From Octopus bimaculoides (taxonomy: Eukaryota): a DNA stretch of 35,186 nt. A program made the position numbers and the translations under genes. This document shows, one piece after another, positions 11,621 to 22,950 of this stretch. The notes under the pieces are model-generated. The model ran no database searches. It was not told where the DNA came from and saw nothing but the letters and a program-made list of their open reading frames with translations. Numbering within the stretch: the first letter of the stretch is position 1; each line of letters begins with the position of its first letter. The stretch lies in contig NC_069002.1 in the NCBI RefSeq assembly GCF_001194135.2, positions 33,051,407 to 33,086,592 of the forward strand, read 5' to 3'.

Positions 11621-11843
11621 ATTTTTTTATTGCCCACAAGGGGCTAAACATAGAGGGGACAAACAAGGACGGACAAACGGATTAAGTCGATTACATCGAC
11701 CCGAGTGCGTAACTTGTACTTAATTTATCGACCACGAAAGAATGAAAGGCAAAGTCGACCTCGGCGGAATTTGAACTCAGAACATAACGACACACGAAAT
11801 ATCACTAAGCATTTCGCACGGCGTGCTAACGTTTCTGCCAGCT
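11621..11843 (-). mobile_element. SINE family B, copy 2 (different 3' tail)
   Basis: Same head and core as copy 1 (AGCTGGCAGAAACGTTAGCACGCCG...GAGTTCAAATTCCGCCGAGGTCGAC), with tail CCGTTTGTCC..CCCCTTGTGGGCAATAAAAAAAA. Confidence 0.88.
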
Positions 11844-11969
11844 TAATAAAAATAATAACAACGGACTGTAACGTCGATTTCCACTTTGAGAGCCTAACAT
11901 TATTAAAAAGAAAATGCTTCGTAATCTAAATGTTATATATATATATGAAAACATACATTATAATTTTGT

Positions 11970-12470
11970 GAATATATNNNNNNNNNNNNNNNNNNNNNNN
12001 NNNNNNNNNNNNNNNNNNNNNNNNNNNNNNNNNNNNNNNNNNNNNNNNNNNNNNNNNNNNNNNNNNNNNNNNNNNNNNNNNNNNNNNNNNNNNNNNNNNN
12101 NNNNNNNNNNNNNNNNNNNNNNNNNNNNNNNNNNNNNNNNNNNNNNNNNNNNNNNNNNNNNNNNNNNNNNNNNNNNNNNNNNNNNNNNNNNNNNNNNNNN
12201 NNNNNNNNNNNNNNNNNNNNNNNNNNNNNNNNNNNNNNNNNNNNNNNNNNNNNNNNNNNNNNNNNNNNNNNNNNNNNNNNNNNNNNNNNNNNNNNNNNNN
12301 NNNNNNNNNNNNNNNNNNNNNNNNNNNNNNNNNNNNNNNNNNNNNNNNNNNNNNNNNNNNNNNNNNNNNNNNNNNNNNNNNNNNNNNNNNNNNNNNNNNN
12401 NNNNNNNNNNNNATATATACATATATATATATGTATGTATGTTTATATATATGTACATATATGGACAAAA

Positions 12471-12508
<38 letters not shown>

Positions 12509-12545
12509 GCATATGTATATATGTATGTATATAGGTATGTGTGTA
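11970..12545. other. Assembly gap 11978-12412 with flanking (AT)-rich microsatellite
   Basis: N-run. Confidence 0.98.
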
Positions 12546-13269
12546 TATGAAAGACATATACACATTACCTAAAACCGAAACAGCCATTCAAACGCATACA
12601 TACGCAAATATATTCACAAAGTTATACCAAAATAATGAGTAAAACTTTCACTGTCTCATGTATTGATACTGAAATATATAATATAATAGATGGCTGTTGG
12701 CTGTGATTTCGATTTCTTTTAACCCATTAAGACTATAATTATGCAATGATGCAGCGAAATATTTTGAAGTATCCATAGTATAATATATGCTATGTAAAAT
12801 ATTTTAGCCTCAGAAACCGTTATTTCGACGATTGAAAGACTGAAATAAAGAATTATTTTTTTCACTTTTACAAATCAACAAGTTTGCATGTACGTAAGCG
12901 TGCATAAATGTATCTATAAAGAAATCCGTACGTGATTACATGTATAGATTTTTATACATGCGGCTGCATTTGTCTGCAAATAGAGGTATATACCCATGCA
13001 TTTATGAATACACGCACGCAGGCACACATATACACAAACAGACGCGCACACGACGGCAGATATATATTCAGTTATACGAAACGTTGGCTGTGACTTCGAA
13101 ATTTCAGATTGCTCGTCTTCATGAGAGTGTGTAATGAAATCAACCAAGCAGAAACGGCAACCTTTGTTAACACTTTCCTCTCAATAAAAAAAACAAAAAT
13201 GTTGTTTTCTCCTAAAAAGATATGACTAATCCTTCTGCTTATTGTTATATTTTGTAATAGCAACACCTA

Positions 13270-13556
<287 letters not shown>

Positions 13557-13938
13557 TCAATGTTCTTTTCCGTGATAGAGAATTGAAGATAAGAAATAAG
13601 AAGAAATTTACAACAAAACAATTGAGAACCAATTCCTCATTAATTTCTTGGTATCTTTCCAGCTTTACAAGTTAAGTTCTAAGGAAGATAACTCTATTAC
13701 CATTTTATTTTTTACGTTTTAGTTTTTGCGTTTTCAGTTTTGTGTTTTCCGTTTTTTACCTTCTGCGTTTTCTATATGTTGTCTTCTCAGTTTTAACACG
13801 TTTCTTCTATGATTCCAATTTTTTTAGTTCGTTATGATATGTGGTGTGTGCCTCAAGAATATGTTTGAGATATTTCTCAACATGTAAAACAATTGGTAGC
13901 ACTTAAAAACATGGACTGTGCGCTTGGAAAAAAATTTA

Positions 13939-13994
<56 letters not shown>

Positions 13995-14024
13995 TAGATA
14001 GATAGATAGATAGATAGGTATATA

Positions 14025-14335
14025 TGGGGTAAAATTAATAATTGATAATTAATTTTACCTAGTAGTTTGGTATGTTAAATAAACCATTATCGGTAGACTT
14101 ATACGGTACTGATGATGGAAGTAAGTCGGTAATATTCTTTACATCTCTTTAATCAAGAAACGCTTATAAAGTTAATCAAAGCCGGGTGGATTCGTTATTT
14201 TTTTCTATTTGCCTGTGTGAATTGGGAGTATTGCTGCCTGGGAGATATATTATGGTTGTGGAATAGTATTTAACTGCTATTTCAAAATTTTGGTATGTGG
14301 TGAAGCATTTTTTCTGATCCCTAATTATAATTATG
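14025..14335 (+). mobile_element. Putative short non-autonomous element with 5' hairpin, CTGATGA motif and TCCCTAAT end
   Basis: Perfect 12-bp inverted repeat at 14028-14039/14048-14059, CTGATGA at 14109, and end GATCCCTAATTAT. A similar terminus lies on the opposite strand at 8626-8637. Confidence 0.3.
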
Positions 14336-14671
14336 CTTATGATTATAAAAAAATTGTAAACATATATATATATATTCATTTAAATGAATAATACATAGTA
14401 TATTGACTGATTTTTACTATCGCTAGACCACTAGTGGTAAATAAAATTTCTAAAATTTTTTTGGCTACCTTATAATTTNNNNNNNNNNACAGGCAGAAAC
14501 AAGTAAAATGCCCCTTGTATTTGAATACTGTGCAAATATTCTTTAATAAAAAAAACTTTTGTTTTAATTTTTCCAAATTTTAATTGATTTCCATACTTAC
14601 AGTTGACAGTCTCAATGACCGAAACCGGTACTGAAATGTTTTTTGTAAAATTATTTTAGCATTTTCTAATG

Positions 14672-14729
14672 CGAAATGCCGCCAAGCATTTTCCCCGACA
14701 TGCTAACAATTCTGCTAACGCGCCGCCTT
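14672..14729 (-). mobile_element. SINE family B head fragment
   Basis: CGAAATGCCGCCAAGCATTTTCCCCGACATGCTAACAATTCTGCTAACGCGCCGCCTT matches 11795-11843 and 22250-22310. Confidence 0.8.
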
Positions 14730-15534
14730 CACCGTCTTAATATATTAGCAATAATGTAAAGAAGATAAACTAATAATCTACATTGTGATACAACATGACT
14801 GCATTAAATGAAAGGCAATGAGCTCAATGGAAACTCATTGAATCATAGACTTAAACAATTGGAAATAACCTGGGATTAAACAACAACGATATCAATAACA
14901 ATTAAAAAAAAAAAATATACGCAATAGAAAATATTTTTCACTGTTAATTAAAATTCTGACTCTGTTCCTCTTCTCCATATTTGCTATCTCATTACGTTTT
15001 CCAGTATTCATATAGACGTGTACTTCTTACTAATCAATCCCTCTTCTCATCTCCTTAATTAAACATACGTACACCTGTGACAATTTTGTAATAATAACAC
15101 GCAGGAAATTTTAAGTTTGGAAAACATGAAATCTTGCATAATTCATGTAATTTAAGGTCTGATAAACTGGCCGAGTGAACAGAGAGATGACAGTTCGAAT
15201 AATTTCAACAGTATTTCAGTTATGTATTGAGAGCAACAAGGGCGATAGTTTATATCCATAATGTTGCTGTTATTGTTGCGTGCTTGGTAGTATGTAGATC
15301 AGTGATCAACAACAGTCTAACGCAGACCGTTCTATATTCTTTGTCGTAGAACGCATGAGGGTATATTTTCCCATATTCCTAACCGATCACATGTATTTGT
15401 ACATATTCTAGTATTGCTTGTGTTAGTGTTGTTGTTATCGATATCAACCATAATTGACCTAACAAGGTTCCGCCTGGTGTAGGATATCTATTGTGATCTA
15501 ATCTAAATAATGCTACGTCGGTAAGTAAAAGATG

Positions 15535-15603
15535 TGTCAGGAGTGGCTTTGTGGTAAGAAGCTTCCTTCCCAAACATTTGGTTCCCGCTTCAGTTACACT
15601 GCC
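15535..15603 (+). mobile_element. SINE family A head fragment (tRNA-like A/B boxes)
   Basis: AGGAGTGGCTTTGTGGTAAGAAGCTTCCTTCCCAAACATTTGGTTCCCGCTTCAGTTACACTGC. Confidence 0.8.
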
Positions 15604-15639
15604 TAGTGAATCATGCGAATCATGCATGCACCCCACCGC

Positions 15640-16000
15640 ATTGCATCATTTTCAGGTTGGTGGTTTTTCCGTGTAAAGCAAATTAGCCTTGGCACAGTAA
15701 ACCTGCCATCATAAACATTCCATATGGCAATATTCTGATGCATTTTAAACAAGAAGGTATCATACATCTGGGTCCAAATTCCATTGCGGTCAATTATTTA
15801 AGGGTTGATAAACTAAATGCCAGCTGCACATTGTGGTCTATATGATCGACTAAGCGTGCCACCTCCCAAATATTCAGGCCTCCTTTCTCAATTAGACAGG
15901 ATTTTGAAAGGACAATGGGAATCTGTGATCACACACTTCGACTTACTAAGATAACAGGGTCAGAATTTGTGTTAGATTTTACTTTCTATTTCTAGCATAT
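15640..16000 (-). mobile_element. Possible decayed LINE (L1/Tx1-like) ORF2 fragment
   Basis: A long, near-open minus frame contains LVSRSV*SQ..EKGGLNIW, reminiscent of the post-RT 'C.P...GGLG' motif. Weak. Confidence 0.3.
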
Positions 16001-16605
16001 TAATCTAATCGTTTTCTTGCAGGCACTTCTTGTTGTAGAATTGTGCAGTCATTACGCCACCTTTTCCTTGATATCTTTCCAGAAGAATATCAAAATTAAT
16101 CGAAGGATATAAAATATAATAAATTATCCCCACTATCTTTACTGCGACAAAAGAAACAACACACAGAGATAAAATCAAAAGCTAAAAATGCCACCATCTT
16201 TCCTTTTGCTTTGTAATTTTCAAAAACAAATATTCACGCAATAAAAAGCAGAGGAAATAAATCTACGAGACTTCAAAATCCACTAAAACTCAGTAATAAA
16301 AATATAAAGAAAATAATTTCCCCTTTCGCTAAAGTCTAATTTTCTATAATAAATAAATAATATCCGTCAAGAACGAAAGAACATACATACATACTACATA
16401 TATATATGTACATATATATATTTATCTATATATACATAGACACGCACACGCACAAACACACCCACACACACACCTACACACACATATATGTATATATACG
16501 TAACTTTATTTTGAAGGAGACAAGGGGAATCTACACATTGCAATTAATGTTTCGACCTGAAATAAAATGAAAGAATGTTTTTTGCTCTTCGTGTCGTCTT
16601 TTCTG

Positions 16606-16614
<9 letters not shown>

Positions 16615-16665
<51 letters not shown>

Positions 16666-16960
16666 ATTATGTGTTTGTGTGTTTACTTTGTTTCTTTCAC
16701 TTTCGTCTTCCAGGTCTAGACTCAGCAGTTCATTTTCTCTTCATTAATCATTTATGCCCTAAAAGACAGGAACCTATATGCACATACATAAATACATATA
16801 TGCATACATACTTACATATATATACGTATGTATATATATATACAAAAACATATACACATTTAGAATGGCAGAGAGAGAGAGCGAGAGAACGAACGTGTGA
16901 GAGATAGATAGACAGACAGACAGACAGAAAGACGAGGTGACAAGAAGAAAGAGATAGACA
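16615..16960. repeat. (TA)n, (TACA)n, (AG)n and (GACA)n tracts
   Basis: Direct sequence. Confidence 0.9.
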
Positions 16961-17499
16961 GAGTCATGGAGAAATGAAACACTAATACAATATTTTCTCC
17001 AGCACACTCGTACACGTGTTTTATTAACGAATATATCAGCTATACATGTTTTTTCTTCTTCTTGCAACCAATTTATATCAACAAACCGTCATTGTTTGTT
17101 TAACAAATGGAATATCATCTGGAACAGTGTTCACTGTAGATATACCATGGACAAATATACCATTTGTGCAGAATAAAACTACTACAGACTCTGGAGTAAC
17201 TTCTGAAATATTCATATGTACCTACCCCAATTTCCAGATTAGTTAAATTAACCGGAGTGCGAAAAGTACATTTTTTACTCCTGTTGGCAGTAATATTTCC
17301 TACATGGCTATATTTATGTTACGAACTGTTTTATTTGCTTGGTTAAACTACCTTTTGTTTTTCCCTATCTCTGTCACCCTGTGTTTGCTCTTAAAACACA
17401 TACATACACACGTGCGTGTGTATGTGTGTGTGTGATATGGATGTCTGAACGTTTCTACTCCTTTGAACGTCTGTAACGTGACCTATAATTGAAACGAGC

Positions 17500-18465
17500 T
17501 TACGAGTTTCTCAAATTTTCCCAAAGAAATATGTTGTTTATCAATCTAAGAACTGCAGAGGAATCAGGCTCTGTTTTCTAGTCTACAGTTCTGTGTTCTT
17601 TCAATGGAATTATTCCTTCATATTGTATCCAATCTATGAAGGAACGTAAACGATGGTCACGCTTCCTCCCTATTAAAATATTCGTAGCATGGAATCTAAG
17701 AACTCTAACCAAAATACATCAATTGCGCGTATGGTTTTCACCATAGAGGCAAGTGAAGGAGACTACTATATGTCCTGTTAAACTACAGTGGGTAAATCAA
17801 GACTACTGCAGGTACTTACACTTTGAATCATACGTCAGAAACTCCCAGATAGCAATATGAGTTGTATTTATGAATTTCTCCATATTTAGTAATACCCACC
17901 ATCAGTGCAGACCTACGGCCTCCTAAGTTCCGATGCACCCTTTTGCTTGTCTTTTCGACAGGTTTACCATCCATCAATAGCTTCAAAAATCTGTCGCAAA
18001 TTCCAGGTATAACATATTTTTGTCAATCGTGCGGACAAGACCACATATATATGTAGAGAAACAAGCATCCAGATATTCCACAATTAACAACATTTACAGT
18101 CAAATGGATTCATCTTAGGATTACTCGCAATATATTTTTGTCACAAATCTGCAAGTGCAACTCTATAACTGCTCTGGCATTTCTCAAGGCATACATAGAG
18201 AATATTCTACTTTGTAGAGGTTAAATTCAGCACTATCAAAAAGGAGCTTAAAGATCACCATGAATTGTACGTTCATTATATTCCCACACAGAGCACAACA
18301 CATCTCATATCATGGACATAAGTATAAACAAGAGCTTTATATACATATTTCACTCATCTCTGTTATTGTTTCTCAATACAGAGCTTCGCTGCTGATCACT
18401 GCAATCAAATTGAACAACGAGCCGTATCGGAAGTCATATTTTGGAGAATTTCAAGACGAATTTAT
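17500..18465 (-). mobile_element. Decayed RTE-like LINE reverse-transcriptase relic (~1 kb)
   Basis: Collinear minus-strand remnants: FVLKFSK (18440-18460), ..HGD.., PLQSRIFSMYALRNA, KYNSYCYLGV (17839-17857), AQLMYFG, IGRKRDHRLRSFIDWIQ (17623-17670). The order matches an RTE-like RT C-terminal half (FIDFSK, VLQG, YALR, YLG, FGH, GRxxRGRP..YIDQL). A second copy at 22101-22232 diverges mostly at one codon position. Confidence 0.6.
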
Positions 18466-18899
18466 ATAACAAAAGTCGAGTACTGTCGATTCTATTAGTA
18501 GATGTAGGTAAATTATTCAGGCTCCACCAAAACTAATGGATGATGCAGGTCCCTGGCGCAGAGGGGTGGAACAAATTTTAATTGCAGTCACTTGAAAAGT
18601 AAGGAGATTCAGGATAAAAGATTAAGCACTAAAACAAAATATAAATCTATATGGTTATATAAGCTTCAAATCATTTATATAAATACCCAAAATATATGAA
18701 CGTTAATCTATATATATCTCAACTACGTGTTCATGCTAGTGCCTTGGTATATACATACATATAAACATACAAAGATGCGTACAAATATGATGATAAGTTA
18801 GTTTCGAACGCACAGTACTTTACCCAATGTTTCGGCTGTTCTAACGTCGTCTCTGAGTTCGGAAATAAATTATAATCTTCTTTCTATCTTAACATACAC

Positions 18900-19370
18900 A
18901 TTTATGTATATAAATATATATTCTCATATATTTGTATATATATATANNNNNNNNNNNNNNNNNNNNNNNNNNNNNNNNNNNNNNNNNNNNNNNNNNNNNN
19001 NNNNNNNNNNNNNNNNNNNNNNNNNNNNNNNNNNNNNNNNNNNNNNNNNNNNNNNNNNNNNNNNNNNNNNNNNNNNNNNNNNNNNNNNNNNNNNNNNNNN
19101 NNNNNNNNNNNNNNNNNNNNNNNNNNNNNNNNNNNNNNNNNNNNNNNNNNNNNNNNNNNNNNNNNNNNNNNNNNNNNNNNATATATATACAGCTATATAT
19201 ATATTTATATTTATATGCATACCTATTATTTACATCATATAGACATATCTGTCTACCAACCTCTATATATCTTGTATAACTATCTATCTTACATACTAAA
19301 TATATTTGTGCACATATATATATAAATACAGACACACACACACTCACCCCCCCACACACATATATATATG

Positions 19371-19418
<48 letters not shown>

Positions 19419-19540
19419 CCTATGCACACATATTTATATATATATACATATATACCTATACACACACACACATATATATATATATATACATACACCTACA
19501 CACACACACATATACACACACACACTAACACATACACATA
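18900..19540. repeat. (AT)/(CA) microsatellite cluster with gap 18947-19180
   Basis: Direct sequence. Confidence 0.95.
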
Positions 19541-19810
19541 ACATTTTTTCTTCCTCGCGAGGAACACAAATAACTAAGTATAAATGTTTCATTTATTAAA
19601 ATAAATGAAACATCTCTGACATTTTCTGCGTTCCATTATGTGGAAAGCAACGAAAAGAAGAATTACTCAAAACAACAACAAACGTCTGCAAACGTTTCCC
19701 ATAATAACAGTCTTCTAAGGAATGGCGAAGAACATTTAATTATAGTTTAGTATTCAGTGTAATTTGTAATTCCACTCATATCGCAGTCGGACACAACAGC
19801 CACTCAACTA

Positions 19811-19815
<5 letters not shown>

Positions 19816-19871
<56 letters not shown>

Positions 19872-20077
19872 NNNNNNNNNNNNNNNNNNNNNNNNNNNNN
19901 NNNNNNNNNNNNNNNNNNNNNNNNNNNNNNNNNNNNNNNNNNNNNNNNNNNNNNNNNNNNNNNNNNNNNNNNNNNNNNNNNNNNNNNNNNNNNNNNNNNN
20001 NNNNNNNNNNNNNNNNNNNNNNNNNNNNNNNNNNNNNNNNNNNNNNNNNNNNNNNNNNNNNNNNNNNNNNNNNNNNN

Positions 20078-20112
<35 letters not shown>
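19816..20112. repeat. (CA)n - gap 19872-20077 - (AT)n
   Basis: Direct sequence. Confidence 0.95.
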
Positions 20113-20115
<3 letters not shown>

Positions 20116-20636
20116 TGTATGTATATATGTATCTATGTATGTGTATATCTCTATGTATGAGGGCATATATGTGCATATATGTGTATGAATAAACATATGT
20201 TGGAATGTCAATAAAGAATCGAAAATTAATACAAATAAGACAAAAAAAGCAATACCGTTATTATTGTTTTAACACAATGGAGAATAGATTAGAAGTATGT
20301 TTGACGTTTCGTAATGAAACACTTCATCATAAGAGAAGGGTCAGAAAGTAAAAGAAAAGAAATATAGTATAACAAAATATGTCAAATATCGCAAAATTAT
20401 TGCTACGGCTAATCTAGCTCCTAAATCCTTACTTTTTGACCATGAAGATACACGTAGATACTCCAGTGGTTCTCAGTGCATGTCATGTGTTTCTCTCGTT
20501 CCTCCACACCGCCTTTTGTGTTTTTATTTTAAGAAAATTGAGTGTGATTTCTGGCATATTTGACTACTATTTCCAGTAGGTTGAGGTTGCATGGATGTTG
20601 TTACCAGTGCCGTTGCTTAGATCCAGGAAAACCTGA

Positions 20637-21016
20637 TCTCTTATCTTTCATCATTTACTTGTTCAGTTATTACACCGCGGCCATGATGGGGCACAGTCTT
20701 GAAGAATTTATAGCCAAATGTATCGACCCTAGTCATTTTTTGCATTAAGCCAGGTACTTGTTCTATCGAAACTCATTCGCGAACCGCTAGGTTACGAGGA
20801 CATAAACACACTAACACCAGTTGTCAATCGGTGGAGGCGGGGGCAACACAGGCACACGTATATATATATGTATATATATATACCGGCTTCTTTCAGTTTC
20901 CAGCAGCCCGAAGCTATAGTAGAAGACAGTAGCCCGAGGTGCCACGCTGTGGGACTGGACCCGGAACCATGTGATTGGGAAACATGCTTATTACCACACG
21001 AACACGTCTGCACCTA
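20637..21016 (-). mobile_element. Near full-length SINE family A (tRNA-derived head, central domain, internal (TA)n, 3' tail); possibly Ceph-SINE related
   Basis: Minus strand reads AGGTGCAGACGTGTTCGTGTGGTAATAAG...GGTTCCGGGTCCAGTCCCAC (A/B boxes), then CTTCTACTATAGC..GGAAACTGAAAGAAGCC, (TA)n at 20859-20882, and a tail homologous to 7155 and 10465. The family name is recalled, not verified. Confidence 0.88.
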
Positions 21017-21369
21017 TGTAAGCAAATATTAAGTGGAACCTGAGCTACACATGAACATTCCATGTATTTAGCCTTATTAAAATGCGATGTTATCCAGTCC
21101 TTTTTAGTTTCGAATCTAATGATGTAAATGAATATCATCTGATTGCTATTTCTGTCAGGTAATTTCACCACATAGAGACATCCTCTGTTGTCGTTTGCTC
21201 TACATTTTTATTTGTATGGCGCGCAGACAATTGGATAAAATTATTCAATGATGCACTTGTAGATTTATGAAGATATCACATTGACAGCAGATCTAAGATG
21301 AATCTAGTTCCTGTTTTCCTTGATAAGCTAGTAACTGTAATCCTAAGACGCATCTACTGTTCCATGATA

Positions 21370-21960
21370 ATAACTTACGACAGCTGTTTTATGATACACT
21401 GATAGATGTATGACAACTCTTTGGCACTAATGAGCTGTATGGCACTAATAGGCTATGAGGGCACTGCTCTAAGGCCAGATAACACAATGACAGCTGTTCT
21501 GAAACAGGTAGATAACTCTATGACAACAGCTTTCAGACATGCACTTAGCTCAGCTCTATGACTCTCTCATTTACAACACCTTCAAGACACGTCGATAGAT
21601 CTGTAACAGTGTCTCTATGACAACAGTTCGCAGACACGCAGTTAGATAACAGCAGATTTATAACAGCAATTCTAAGTCTCACAGAGCGATCTATAAGAAC
21701 AGTTCTAAAACGGGCAGCTCAGTGATAATAGCTATATGGTAAGAGCTGTGAAACAGACGAGTAGTTCTATAACAGATAATTCTGTTACACTCATTTCCAT
21801 GGTAATAGTTCTATGAGACAACAATATGTGATGTTATTTCTGTCACACACAAGATTCAATGAAAATATGTTTTATGACATATATAACTCGACGGCATTAG
21901 TTCTATAGCACACAGATTTCTCTCTGACAACAATTATATAATGCAGACAATCCATTATGA
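21370..21960. repeat. Highly degenerate minisatellite, ~17-18 bp subunits / ~33-36 bp higher-order unit
   Basis: Recurrent CTATGACAACAG(C/T)T.. and AGACA(C/T)GCA..TAGAT motifs. TGGCACTAAT recurs at an 18-bp period near 21420-21470. Confidence 0.7.
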
Positions 21961-21966
21961 CATAGA

Positions 21967-22310
21967 TACTGGTTTCAAATTTGGCACAATGCCAGCGATC
22001 TTAGTGGAGAGTTAAGTCGAATACATCGAGCCCAGTGTTCAAATCATATATATATATTGTCGACCCCGAAAGGATGCAATGCAAAGTAGACCTCGACGGA
22101 ATCTTAGAATGGCTGTCAATATGTTATTGTCATAAATCTGAAAGTGCATCTCAATGCATGCTCTGGCTTTTCTCGGGGCATATATAGAAAACATTCTTCC
22201 CTGTAGAGGTTAACCGTAGACTATAAAAAAGGACTCAGAACAAAGATAAGGACGTAATGCCGCTAAGCATTTTGTCCAGCGTACTAACGATTCTTCAATC
22301 TCGCCACCTT
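21967..22310 (-). mobile_element. SINE family B copy split by a 132-bp insertion (22101-22232)
   Basis: 21967-22100 is tail+core ending CCTCGACGGA, and 22233-22310 resumes at ACTCAGAAC through the head. The intact copy at 11760-11785 has these contiguous (GGCGGAATTTGAACTCAGAAC). Confidence 0.85.
22101..22232 (-). mobile_element. RTE-like RT fragment inserted in SINE B
   Basis: About 78% identical by hand alignment to 18112-18245. The minus frame is open: PLQGRMFSIYAPRKARACIEMHFQIYDNNILTAILR. Confidence 0.75.
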
Positions 22311-22883
22311 CCACTGTGGCATAACTATTATGCAACAATAGTTGCATAGAAACATTTATGAGGCACAGATACAAGTAAGGAACTATGAGTGTAGTACTAA
22401 AACACGAATAACCCTGTCTAATTTTGGTACAAATCAGCAATTTTGAAGGGAAGGGCTGTCCGTTACATCTGACGTATTGCTTCACTAGTAAAGAAAGACA
22501 AGTGTAACCGAGAGATAGGCTATCTTTTACGTAAAACTAGCACTCGGATCATATGAGGTTTCGTCGCAAGTACAATCTGATATTTTTCTGTCAGATAACC
22601 AAATAATTACCTGGCTTTTAAATTCGTTTTCGCTTCACAAGCAATCATCCAAGATTCATAAACCTTTTGAATAGATTAGGTAAGGAAAAAAAAATACGAA
22701 GAGAAAATGGCATATTCAACATAGACAGGAAATAACAAGGATAATTTAGGGTTTAGTGCACTGTGCGTTTCAACGCGAACTTTTTAGCTACTCATAATGT
22801 ATTCTTGGTTGGTTTGTCATTAAGAAAACATAAAATCGTTGTAAGATGCAAACATCAAACAATTGTATTTACAGGAGGAAAAA

Positions 22884-22884
<1 letters not shown>

Positions 22885-22940
<56 letters not shown>

Positions 22941-22950
22941 GCAATAATAA
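22885..22950. repeat. (AAT)n microsatellite
   Basis: Direct sequence. Confidence 0.97.

Noticed and set aside
17962-18006. 45-nt phase-1/1 exon candidate (GLPSINSFKNLSQIP) with strong acceptor
   Set aside because: It lies antisense within the RTE-like relic and has a weak donor (GTATAA), so it is likely coincidental. Exonisation cannot be excluded without RNA-seq.
21370-21960. CRISPR-like repeat-spacer array or repetitive protein exon
   Set aside because: The units are degenerate with no unique spacers, the context is eukaryotic, and all frames have stops.
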